A DNA stretch of 64,000 nucleotides, from NCBI RefSeq assembly GCF_006345805.1, contig NC_042998.1, forward strand, positions 168,950,001 to 169,014,000, read 5' to 3'. Under the pieces are notes generated by a model. It was not told the origin of the DNA. It searched no databases and saw nothing but the letters and a program-made list of their open reading frames with translations. Both the position numbers and the translations under genes were made by a program. The DNA comes from Octopus sinensis. Lineage: Eukaryota. Shown piece by piece: positions 1-10,705 of this stretch; position 1 is the stretch's first letter, and the number at the start of each line of letters is the position of its first letter.

Positions 1-210
1 ATCCTCTGTACCCCAGGATGGTTCAGCTCTCCACCCATTAAAAGCCACCGTTTACGGAATGAGGATAACAACGTAGCTTTTGCGCCCGTGCAACCGCCAG
101 TCTATCGCGTGTGGTGGGTGGATATTCAAGTTGCCACACGCATTCTCAGTAGCTTAGAGTCGGCTCGAATTAGAGATTATTCTTTGTGGCTAATGGCCTG
201 AGTCCTGATT
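1..210 (+). mobile_element. Probable 3' end of an unclassified retroposon ending in a (GAA)n tail
   Basis: Non-repetitive, relatively GC-rich sequence running directly into (GAA)n; does not match the Gypsy LTR at 2741-3063. Short tandem-repeat tails are typical of RTE-type elements. No protein motif recognised. Confidence 0.3.
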
Positions 211-450
211 GGAAGAAGAAGAAGAAGAAGAAGAAGAAGAAGAAGAAGAAGAAGAAGAAGAAGAAGAACAACAACAACAACAACAACAACAAGAACAAGA
301 ACAAGAACAAGAAGAAGAAGAAGAAGAAGAAGAAGAAGAAGAAGAAGAAGAAGAAGAACAAGAACAAGAACAAGAAGAACAAGACAAGAAGAACAAGAAT
401 AACAAGAAGAACAAGAACAAGAAGAAGAAGAACAACAACAACAACAGTTG
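211..450. repeat. Compound (GAA)n/(CAA)n microsatellite merging into the Gln/Glu-rich gag N-terminus
   Basis: Direct reading of the sequence. Confidence 0.95.
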
Positions 451-566
451 AAAGAACAACATTTACAGCAGATACAACTGCAAGAGCAACAACAGAATCA
501 ACAATAACAACAATATTACAGGAACAAATGCTACAATTACTGAAGTCGTGAGGAAAGCCAGAAAAA

Positions 567-1306
567 GTGTTCTCAGAGGACTATTACGCGAATTCAGTAA
601 CTGAATTCAAATACAAACCTGACGAAGGAGTTACCTTCAAAGCATACTGCAGAAGATATGAGCAAATCGAGGAAGAATGTAAAGATTGGGACGACAAGAT
701 GAAAACTCACTTAATCTTGAGAAAACTGGCGGCGACAGTTCACGAACGATACAGTAATTTTGTACCCACTAAAAAACCTTCGGACATAAACTATAATGAC
801 ACAAATGATATATTGTGTAAAATTTTCAGTGAGAAACGCGCATTGTCCAACACACGTTGGAAGTGTCTGAACATAAAGAAAAACAACGACGACAATTTAA
901 TCACATATGCTGGTAGAGTAAACAGGAAATGCGAGAAGTTTAAGCTGGACAAACTAACTCCAGATATGTTCAAATGCCTGGTTTTTACACAAGAACTACT
1001 TGCCGAAAAGGATGCAGAAGTCAGAACTAGAATTCTTGCAAAGTTGGAGCAAAACCAGTATGAAACCCTGCAAAAAGAGTCTGAAGAATGTGAAAGGATA
1101 CTTAAATTAAGGCACGATGCAGAGGAAATTGAACGTAAAGACTGCTTCCAAGTGAAACTAATCTGAATAGAGATAAAGTGTTTTCTAGAAAACATGACAA
1201 ACATCAGGATATAAACCTATGTATGCAACTGAGGAAAAATTGCCCATTTCAAAAATGAAAGTGTTTTCGATGTGAAAATATAGGACATATTAAGACGCAC
1301 TGTGGG
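567..1306 (+). pseudogene. gag: Gypsy gag with CCHC zinc knuckle
   Basis: ORF 567-1166 (FKYKPDEGVTFKAYCRRYE...TRWKCLNIKK...FKCLVFTQ) has the style of invertebrate K02A2.6-type gag; CFRCENIGHIKTHC (CX2CX4HX4C) at 1262-1303. Confidence 0.85.
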
Positions 1307-1358
1307 ACAAAGATGATAAAACGTCAGAAAAAAGGTAAAAGAATAAATAGTATATCAT

Positions 1359-1650
1359 CGGAAGAAATTCGTGAAGGTAAAAATCAAAAATACAACTGTT
1401 AAAATGCAGTTGAACACAGGTAGTGACATTACAAATATAAACGAAAAAACGTGGAGTCGGTAAGCCGAATTTAATTAGATCTAAAAAGGTAACACATGGT
1501 GTTACAGGAAAACATTTTTTCAGTGAATTTGAATGCAATGTAACTTTTCATGGTCAAACGAAAGCGGCAAAGATTTATGTGTTTAAAAATTCACTTAACT
1601 TATTCGGCACAGAATGGATAGAACTATTTAAATTGTGGGATACACACATA
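1359..1650 (+). pseudogene. Gypsy aspartic protease, inactivated
   Basis: RKKFVKVKIKNTTVKMQLNTGSDIT: the DTGS motif reads NTGS at 1413-1424; downstream LNLFGTEWIELF matches the protease C-terminal flap region. Confidence 0.8.
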
Positions 1651-1737
1651 AGTGTTCTGTATGGAAATGTAGTTGGGTCAGTCAAAGGTTTAAATGAAGC
1701 CGAAGGACTGAGGCAAAAAACAAAATAATATTTCCTG

Positions 1738-2441
1738 GTAAAAGGCTGTAAAGGATGTGCTCTAACAGTAAAATTACCCAATATAAAATGGGAACCTTGG
1801 TCAAAAGTAAATGTTCCGTGGTTGAGACTACACATCGATTTCTCTGGTCCTTTAAACCGTTCATGCTACTTAGTGGTAGTTGATAGTCTTTCAAAATGGC
1901 CTGAAATCTGGAAGTGAAAAATACCAAGTCCCTCAAATGTGATAAATTTTTTACATGAATCGTTTGCTAGGTTTGGAATCCTAGACAAGACAATGGTACG
2001 CAATTTGTGACTAGAGAATTTTTTTTAATTTGTGAAATGTTTGCGGTAGAATATATAACAACGGCGCCATACCATCCCAGATTTAATGGACAGGCAGAAC
2101 GCTTTATTGAAACCTTCAAAATAGCCCTTACAAAATTGAATAAGGAAACCACGGAGGAGATAGCGCTACAACAATTTTTAAGAGTGTACTGTATGAGACC
2201 AAATCCAAATGCACCAGCAGGTAGCTCCCCAGCGGAGCTGATGTTTGCAAGGAAAGTAAAATCAGTTTTTGATAAATTACTCCCTGGCAAGAAAAGAAAC
2301 GGTGCCAGAGAAGACATACCAAGATTTTTTGAGGTCGATGATAAATTATATATGAGGACATACAAAAATGGAAAGCAGAACTGGGAAGAGGGCGAAATTG
2401 CCAAATACATATGTAAAATGATGTATTGGGTTAAAAAGTAG
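1738..2441 (+). pseudogene. Gypsy integrase (CxxC zinc ligands plus DDE core), frameshifted
   Basis: VKGCKGC...PWLRLHIDFSGPL...YLVVVDSLSKWPE and, in ORF 2007-2441, TTAPYHPRFNGQAERFIETFK...SPAELMFARK. Confidence 0.9.
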
Positions 2442-2730
2442 AAAAGGTATACAAAAGGGACACAGGAACCAACTAAAAAAGAGATTCGTGAAAAACTAAC
2501 TAAATAAGTTGGAGCAACCCATGTAAGGGTTGTATGATACGTCCCAAGTACCAACGCCACTACAGGTGATTAATCAAGGCGTACAAGTGAAAGGAAAAAA
2601 GCATACAGAGTTTCTGAAAATAGATGCCAAGAGAAAAGTATTAAATTGTTCGAAAGAAACTCAATTAAGGGAGGTGGGATGAATATAAATATTATTGCTA
2701 AATAAAATGACGCTTCCTAACAAAAACTTA

Positions 2731-3063
2731 AAAGGGGAGATGTAGGAAATCAGTAATAATGGTGCATCCTCCCACGTGAGGAGTGGAATGACTCAGTCTC
2801 TATAAGTAAGGTTACGTCGGCCGGTATCGAGGGAGTACGTAGAGTACGACAGTACGTGTAGGCTGGGTTGCTAGTCGTGTCTGTGCTTATATAGTAATTA
2901 TACTGTGATAATGAGTGGACGTTCTAACGATCCATCATTTTGAGGATAATTACACTGTACGAGTGGGGGTCGTATAGTGCCAGATAGAAGCATCCTATCG
3001 ATGACTTCGGAATATAACAATATCTGTCAGAGCGACAACCGTCGTTCAAAGACAGATACAACA
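2731..3063 (+). repeat. Polypurine tract and 3' LTR of the Gypsy element
   Basis: AAAGGGGAGA (2731-2740) immediately followed by TGTAGG at 2741; ends ...TACAACA at 3063 (alternative end TATAACA at 3087). No second LTR copy in the window. Confidence 0.7.
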
Positions 3064-3309
3064 GTGGCAAAAGACCGCTTTATAACACTATTTTATTATT
3101 ATATCTATTGTTGTTTTGTTTTGTTTTGTTTTTTTCACTATGTAAACATCCCTTTGTGTTCTATTTCTTGCTTGTGCTATCTCTCAAATCTTGCGACCTT
3201 GTTTATGTTGCTGTTGTCGTTGCTGTTATTACTATTGTTGTTCTTGCTGTTGTTGTTGTTGTTGTTGTTGTTATCATCATCATCATCATCATTATTCTCA
3301 TCATTAAAT

Positions 3310-3435
3310 TCTGCCGGTGTCCACTTTGTCTATCAACCTTTTAGGGCCGATGGTATAGTTACCAACTGAGCACTGGGGTCGACTACATCGACTAGCTCCC
3401 TCTCCAAAAAATTTCAGGCGTTGGGACTGAAAGAA
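3310..3435 (+). mobile_element. Degraded SINE family A fragment
   Basis: Matches the ...CACTGGGGTCGA..ATCGACT... core of the fuller copies at 43553-43765 and 58150-58350. Confidence 0.6.
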
Positions 3436-3500
<65 letters not shown>

Positions 3501-3514
3501 GTTATTATTATTAT

Positions 3515-3985
3515 TGAGTGAGAGAGCAGTGCATGCCATTAAAGTGGCACTGGGGTAAAATATACGAAGCCCAGTATACCCATCATGACTACCCGTCTGA
3601 TAAAGGTACACTAGGCACATGCATCACAACCATATGTGCGCGAATGGTGATCTCATATCAAGATAAACAGCACATGACCTTGCAGGTGGGGCCCAGTTAG
3701 AATTTTCTTCAGGTTGAGTAGCCCATCCCGCTCATAAGGTCCCTGAATAAGGATTGTTTAAGGGTGTTGAAAGAACCACCCATGTTTCCAGAGGTGAATT
3801 ATTCAAACCCCAAAGAATTCCTCTCAACACATGGCTATGATGCTCCCATACTACTTCTGCTCGTCATCAGAGATGCACATATCGTCAGCCACTAAGGAAC
3901 ATGCTCAACTGGTTAAGGTCAAACAACTGACAAGCAAATCTGTGGTATTGAGCCGAATATTTGCCGTAGCCCATCTTTTATACCA
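3515..3985 (-). repeat. (TAA)n-anchored element X, copy 1 (truncated)
   Basis: Near-identical to 4048-4518, 5027-5583 and (reverse complement) 55366-55922; flanked by (ATT)n. Strand given as the (TAA)n-reading strand. Confidence 0.9.
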
Positions 3986-4020
<35 letters not shown>

Positions 4021-4047
4021 TATTATTATTATTGTTATTATTATTAT

Positions 4048-4518
4048 TGAGTGAGTGAGCAGTGCATGCCATTAAAGTGGCACTGGGGTAAAATATACGA
4101 AGCCCAGTATACCCATCATGACTACCCGTCTGATAAAGGTACACTAGGCACATGCATCACAACCATATGTGCGCGAATGGTGATCTCATATCAAGATAAA
4201 CAGCACATGACCTTGCAGGTGGGGCCCAGTTAGAATTTTCTTCAGGTTGAGTAGCCCATCCCGCTCATAAGGTCCCTGAATAAGGATTGTTTAAGGGTGT
4301 TGAAAGAACCACCCATGTTTCCAGAGGTGAATTATTCAAACCCCAAAGAATCCCTCTCAACACATGGCTATGATGCTCCCATACTACTTCTGCTCGTGAT
4401 CAGAGATGCACATATCGTCAGCCACTAAGGAACATGCTCAACTGGTTACGGTCAAACAACTGACAAGCAAATCTGTGGTATTGAGCCGAATATTTGCCGT
4501 AGCCCATCTTTTATACCA
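4048..4518 (-). repeat. (TAA)n-anchored element X, copy 2 (same truncation as copy 1)
   Basis: Same breakpoint ...CTTTTATACCA|TATT and the same diagnostic variants as copy 1. Confidence 0.9.
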
Positions 4519-4576
<58 letters not shown>

Positions 4577-4577
<1 letters not shown>

Positions 4578-4690
4578 GGGAAAGTCTTCTTTTTTCTGTC
4601 GAGGGCTTATATGCTCCTTTATTAGACTATTTTCCTTAGTCGTTGCACGATGATCGCCATAAGCTTTAAGCTTATATTTAAAAAAAACCG
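4577..4690 (+). repeat. Partial copy (right half) of the TIR/tRNA-like element at 9804-9991
   Basis: Shares TTTTTTCTGTCGAGGGCTTATATG...ATTAGACTATTTTC...GATCGC.ATAAG with 9908-9985. Confidence 0.75.
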
Positions 4691-4721
4691 TTATTATTAT
4701 TTACATTATTATTATTATTAT

Positions 4722-5006
4722 TTCTTTTTATCACAGGTTCTGTTGGACCCCCGAAGTCTTGCATTCGTATCGGGCTTGCTACCTGCAGCCTACGGTACCG
4801 TGCTCTCCGTTCTTTTCAGCTACCTAATACTTTCTTGATTATTCTGGCCGTGCCAAGGAGGCAAACTTTTTGTAACAGTTCTACTGGGCACTATTTCAAT
4901 TTCCTTGATATTTCTCTTGATGCCTTCTGATACTGTTCCCAAGGCCCCAACAATAATTAGCACTATATTCACCTTCATTTTCCATACCTGGGCTATTTCG
5001 TACTTT
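4722..5006 (-). mobile_element. 5'-truncated R4/Dong-type non-LTR retrotransposon 3' end (family 2)
   Basis: Minus strand reads KYEIAQVWKMKVNIVLIIVGALGTVS...(frameshift)PVELLQKVCLLGTARIIKKVLGS* (stop 4816-4818), the C-terminus of a restriction-like endonuclease domain; flanked by (TAA)n on both sides. Confidence 0.8.
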
Positions 5007-5026
5007 ATTATTATTATTATTATTAT

Positions 5027-5583
5027 TGAGTGAGAGAGCAGTGCATGCCATCAAAGTGACACTGGGGTAAAATATACGAAGCCCAATATAACCATCATGA
5101 CTACCCGTCTGATAAGGGTACACCAGGCACATGCATCACAACCATATGTGCGTGACATGGTGATCTCATATCAAGATAAACAGCACATGACCTTGCAGGT
5201 GGGGCCCAGTTAGAATTTTCTTCAGGTTGAGTAGCCCATCCCGCTCAAAAGGTCCCTGAATAAGGGTTGTTTAAGGATGTTGAAAGAACCACCCATGTTT
5301 CCAGAGGTGAATTACTCAAACCCCAAAGAATCCCTCTCAACACATGGCTATGATGCTCCCCCACTACTTCTGCTCGTGATCAGAGATGCACATATCGTCA
5401 GCCACTAAGGGACATGCTCAACTGGTTAAGGTCAAGCAACTGACAAGCAAATCTGTGGTATTGAGCAGAATATTTGCTGTAGCCCATCTTTTATACCAAG
5501 ACAAAACAATGTACATGATAACACTTCCAATCAGTTAAGATCAGAAGCCATGAGAGCCACTGCCTGGTACTGCATCAGGGCAT
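5027..5583 (-). repeat. (TAA)n-anchored element X, copy 3 (apparently full length, ~557 bp)
   Basis: Both ends coincide with those of copy 4 at 55366-55922. Confidence 0.9.
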
Positions 5584-5661
5584 TTATTATTATTATTATT
5601 ATTATTATTCACATTATTATTATTATTATTATTATTATCATTATTCACATTATTATGTGAA

Positions 5662-5979
5662 GGCGCATGGCTCAGTGGTTAGACCGTCGAGCTTACGATC
5701 GTAAGGTTGTGACCGGGCTGCGTGTTGTGTTCTTGGGCAAGACACTTCATTTCACGTTGCTCCAGTTCACTCAGCTGTAGAAATGAGTTGCGACGTCACA
5801 GGTGCCAAGCTGTATCTACTGTTGCCTTTCCATGGATAACACTAGTGGCGTGGAGAAGAGAGGCCGATATGCATGGGCGACTGCTGGTCTTCCATAAAAC
5901 AACTTTGCCCGGACTTGTGCCTGGAGGGTAACTTTCTAGGTGCAATTCCATGGTCTGTGTCGTGACCGAAGGAGGTCTC
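5662..5979 (+). mobile_element. tRNA-derived SINE family C, B-box deleted
   Basis: GGCGCATGGCTCAGTGG A-box head and a TTGGGCAAGACACTT CORE-like segment; lacks GTTCGAATCCCGGA, which is present in the copy at 32972-33297. Confidence 0.85.
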
Positions 5980-5999
5980 AGATATTATTATTATTATTA

Positions 6000-6038
<39 letters not shown>

Positions 6039-6066
6039 TATTATTATTATATATTATTATTATTCA

Positions 6067-6107
<41 letters not shown>

Positions 6108-6139
6108 TATTATTATCATTATTCACATTATTATGTGAA

Positions 6140-6459
6140 GGCGCATGGCTCAGTGGTTAGACCGTCGAGCTTACGATCGTAAGGTTGTGACCGGGCTGCG
6201 TGTTGTGTTCTTGGGCAAGACACTTCATTTCACGTTGCTCCAGTTCACTCAGCTGTAGAAATGAGTTGCGACGTCACAGGTGCCAAGCTGTATCTACTGT
6301 TGCCTTTCCCATGGATAACACTAGTGGCGTGGAGAAGAGAGGCCGATATGCATGGGCGACTGCTGGTCTTCCATAAAACAACTTTGCCCGGACTTGTGCC
6401 TGGGAGGGTAACTTTCTAGGTGCAATTCCATGGTCTGTGTCGTGACCGAAGGAGGTCTC
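6140..6459 (+). mobile_element. tRNA-derived SINE family C, tandem duplicate with the same B-box deletion
   Basis: Near-identical to 5662-5979, including the interrupted (ATT)n flank. Confidence 0.85.
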
Positions 6460-6475
6460 AGATATTATTATTATA

Positions 6476-6534
<59 letters not shown>

Positions 6535-6925
6535 CATTATTATTATTATTACTACTACTACTACTTCTACTACTACTATTAGTGTAGTCGTTCTCGCGTT
6601 TTTCTTTTGTTTTTTGTCCATCATCATCATTATCATCATCATCATCCTTGCTATTGTTTTCGTTCTACTGATAAATCTATAAGCGTTGAAGTTAATTGAG
6701 AAGTGTAAATAGCGAAAGAGCAGCAGTAACAACAACAGCAACAACGATAACAACAACGATAACAACAACATTAACAACAATAACGAGTAATCAAATGCAA
6801 GGAAAGAAGAGAGAAGTAAATATAATAAAAGAGCACTGAGAAATATTACCAACTAATCACATAGCTGCTATGAAAGCAATGAATAGTAACTTATAGTAAC
6901 TTTTTATAATGATGTAAGTGCATCT

Positions 6926-6959
<34 letters not shown>

Positions 6960-7516
6960 TCACGGCTCGAACGGTATGGCCTTGATGCGGTTTCTTCGTC
7001 CAATAGGAGTGCGTTTTCACTTCTGCTTTACGCAAGCAGACAAGCCCTCAGACACACAGCTTACTTACGTAGATCGCCTAGAATTTATGCACAGATGGCA
7101 CAGCCTTGCATTTGTATTTACTCATAGTAATTGTAGTAGCAATTTTACATAGCAAGAGTGTTAGAGCATCGACAACAGTGGAAGCTGGCAAAGCAGTAAA
7201 TGCTGATTTAAGCACTAGAGGCGGAGCAAAATTAAATGAGAAACATGAAAAGCTGGAAATCTGTTGAAAAAAAAAATAAACAGTTACGAAATACAGTAGA
7301 TGCTCGGTTTTACTGTCGGGAGATTGAAATTGCTATCGGTTTGGATTTAGTTTCATTAGACATACAGACAACCAGTGCAACTTATGCCACGTGGTTCAAA
7401 TCTGCTTGGTCGAGATGGATTGCTCGGCTGTAATTTAGTTGGCTGATTCCAGTCAAATGAAATTATGTGTTGGTATACGTGTTCATATGTATATATTCAT
7501 GTGATTATGCGTGTGA

Positions 7517-7586
<70 letters not shown>

Positions 7587-8356
7587 CGTGTGTGTCTGTG
7601 TGTGTGTGCGCGAAAATTCTGCGTTGATGTCAGTGAGATTTAATTAATGATGCTTGCACGTTTATATGCCAATACACAAGACTGAAAGTGACACGTGGCT
7701 AATGTCTATGTACGTACGTATGTATGTACATATGTATATATATACATAATTACATAGATATTTACATACATATATGCATGTATACATATATCTGTGTGTG
7801 AAGAAAGACAGAGAGAGGGAAAGAAAAAAAAGAGAGAGATAATTAAAGAAATATATACAGAACCAAAGTTATGAAAGAGTAAGAATTAAGGAAACAATAA
7901 TGATAAAAGAAATGAGAAGGGAAGACAAGAGAAAGTGAGAGCGAGAAAGAAAGAAAGAACAAACAAAGAAATAGAGATAGTGTCAACAAGTGGAAGGGAG
8001 AGAAAAAGGGTGATGAAGACAAGGACAAAGGTAAAATGCGTATCTTATGAAGTAGTGGTGAAAATTGTAATTGTTCCGTCTTCCATGTTTATTGAAACCT
8101 CAGACATTTTCTTTTTTTTTTTTTGTCTTTTACAGTTAGATCCTTAGGTTATTAATTTACACATTGTTGTACGTAAACAAATGAAGATTGAAAAATAGAA
8201 AGACAGAAGGACAGGAAGTGAACGTTAGAGAAATGCTTCGAGAGCATTTCGAGAATTCTGATTGGTAGAAAATAATTTCAAATACACACTATACACAATG
8301 CACACATACAAACAAACATACATACATATATTTATTTATTTGTATGTGTATATGCA

Positions 8357-8425
<69 letters not shown>

Positions 8426-8730
8426 ACACATATATACATATATATATATATTATATATATATGCATACACACATATACATATATATATACATATATACAT
8501 ATATCAATACAAATATATATCTATACACTAAATGACACGGGGAGAATAAAACAAGTAACATTATAGTATATATTTTAACAAATATGCTACTATCGTGTGC
8601 ATGTATAATTAATTTACTTACCTCCCCTTCAAATTTCGTAACTATATCCTAAGAAAATATATGGAATATTCATGTCAATATTTCACTCTATATACCTATA
8701 CATACATACATACATACAAACGTATATTCA

Positions 8731-8761
<31 letters not shown>

Positions 8762-8831
8762 TTATATATACATACACATATATATATAATATATATATAT
8801 ATATATAAACACACACACATACATACATACA

Positions 8832-8863
<32 letters not shown>

Positions 8864-9736
8864 CAGGGTGTCCCAAAAGTCACTGATGGTTTCAATTTTT
8901 AATAACTTCCTTAACTTTACATATAAGTGTATGAAATTTTGATACAATATAAAGAACACAATGGAAATTAATATACACAAGTCAAATTTTTCGACATCAC
9001 TATATCACATACGAAAAATGACACCGCTTAAATGGCAGCCATTTTCAGTTTCGCAAGTCCGTGCTGTTTCCAAAATTTGCACCAAAACACCCTCAAGAAA
9101 TCCAGACCCCACTTGTTTGATTTCTCTGTTGATGTTCTCCTTCAGTTGCACCAGGGTCTCCGGTTAGTTGACGTAAACCGTCTCTTTCAGGTATCTCCAC
9201 AAGAAAAAATCCGGGCTAGTCAAGTCTAGGAAACGAGAAGTCTATTCAAATTAGACCTCACACGTGGCTCCAGCAGGATGGCGCAACTGCTCATACCGCA
9301 AGAGAAACAATGCAGTCGCTACAGCAGTGCTTTGGTAAGAGAATAATATCCCGCTACGACCTTCACGTTCTCCAAATTGACTAGCCCGGATTTTTTCTGG
9401 TAGGGATACCTGAAAGAGACGATTTATGTCAACAAACCGGAGACCCTGGTGCAACTGAAGGAGAACATCAATAGAGAAATCAGAGAAGTGTGGTTTAAAA
9501 CTATTGAGGCATTATGGTGCAAGTGTTAGAAAGAGCACGGGCGTGCGAAGCACAAAATGGCTGCCATTTAAGCGATGTCAGTTTTCGTATGTGATGTAGT
9601 GGTGTTTCAAAAGGTGACTTGTGTATATTAATTTTCATTATGTCCTTTATATTGTATCAAACCTTCATGCATTTATTTGTAAATTTAAGGAAGTTATTAA
9701 AAATTGAAACCCATCAGTGTCTTTTGGGACACCCTG
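8864..9736 (+). mobile_element. Palindromic Tc1/mariner-superfamily derivative with ~360-bp inverted arms
   Basis: TA|CAGGGTGTCCCAAAAG...CTTTTGGGACACCCTG|TA; arms 8864-9223 and 9377-9736; centre and right arm encode WLQQDGATAHTARETM...RSPNLTSPDFF..GYLKETIYVNKPETLVQLKENI (transposase C-terminal half). Confidence 0.9.
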
Positions 9737-9803
9737 TATGTATACATACATACATACATACATGAATATATATATATATTCGGTAAATAATAATAATAAT
9801 AGT

Positions 9804-9991
9804 ATTTTGTAAGCTTAAAGCTTAAGGGTTCATTGCGCAACGGTACCACACTCGGTTGCATAAACAGAGAGGTGTGGGTTCAAGTCCCACGCGTACGCGA
9901 GAACCTACTTTTTTCTGTCGAGGGCTTATATGCCCCATTATTAGACTATTTTCTTCAATCATTGCGCGGTGATCGCTATAAGTTATAAAAT
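9804..9991 (+). mobile_element. Short element with imperfect terminal inverted repeats and an internal tRNA-like Pol III promoter
   Basis: A-box-like TGCGCAACGG (9834-9843); B box GGTTCAAGTCC (9877-9887) in a perfect GTGGG/CCCAC T-stem; ends are imperfect inverted repeats; AAT-repeat flanks. Confidence 0.6.
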
Positions 9992-10428
9992 ATTATTATT
10001 ACTATTTACAGAATTGTAAAAATCGGCACTGCTTAACAAAAACATTTGGAGGCACACGCACGCACCTACATATATATGTGCGACACCTGTACAAAAAATA
10101 CATGCACAAACGCAAACACGTGCACGTACACCCACAAACAGGCACACACAAGCATGTACCTAGACACATACACAAACACATATACATAAGCCTGCGTTTC
10201 CTTTTAGATTTATGCGTCTCCACTTCCTCGCCCGTCCTTCAAGCCTGTTAGTATCTGTTAGTACATTTTACTAATACGCAGCTGCATTGTAAGTTTACAT
10301 GTCCAAATACATGTAGCGTTGGCATGCTGTCCCTCCTTGGTATAGGTTCCATGGTTGCAGTTCATGAGGTTTTAACTCAGAGGAGGGGGAAGATTAATCC
10401 GAGTTGTCGGTGTTATGGTTTGTGTAGG

Positions 10429-10705
10429 TTAAGTGTAGTTTACGTTGTAATGTGTGGACGTGTGTTTAGCTGTATGCATGCATCTGGGTAGTCGTTCTGT
10501 AAACCTGTTTATAACCCGCTCCTTTGTTAATAATATTGATAGTGACTCCTCGGAACATAGTTGGCATTTCCGTGATAGTGTGTTGTAGGGACACGCGTGT
10601 CTAATTATTGAGCAGGTCTGGTCGTGTTTTGCGTTCTCTCCCTTGAGTCGCCAGACGAAATCGGCCCGTGATGTTGCGTGCTGTTTAATGATTTTCTTTA
10701 TACTA
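10429..10705 (-). mobile_element. Penelope-like element, GIY-YIG C-terminal fragment (family 1)
   Basis: QHATSRADFVWRLK...CSIIRHACPYNTLSRKCQLCSEESLSILL..RVINRFTERLPRCMH resembles the PLE ending TxLSxxIWxLK...KCxLCxxE...LNKRxE..KCRH. Confidence 0.75.

Larger units (their letters stand above)
440..3063 (+). mobile_element. Ty3/Gypsy LTR retrotransposon (K02A2.6-like), decayed and internally deleted
   Basis: Collinear gag, CCHC knuckle, aspartic protease, integrase, polypurine tract and TG..CA LTR; many stops and frameshifts; RT/RNase H absent. Confidence 0.9.

Noticed and set aside
3061-3075. GTGGC after the LTR as a primer-binding site of a second tandem element
   Set aside because: No gag or internal sequence follows, and the match to a tRNA 3' end is only TGG.
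5531-5575. Short resemblance of element X to U2 snRNA (ATCAGTT.A.ATC; CCTGGTA.TGCA)
   Set aside because: Only 11-12-nt patches with wrong spacing and no Sm site or U2 5' stem; likely chance.
6995-7009. CTTCGTCCAATAG shared with about 36445-36457, as a paralogous promoter motif
   Set aside because: A single 13-mer around a CCAAT box with no flanking homology.
9826-9897. A genuine tRNA gene
   Set aside because: The T-arm is good, but the acceptor stem and anticodon arm do not pair properly; treated as part of a repeat.
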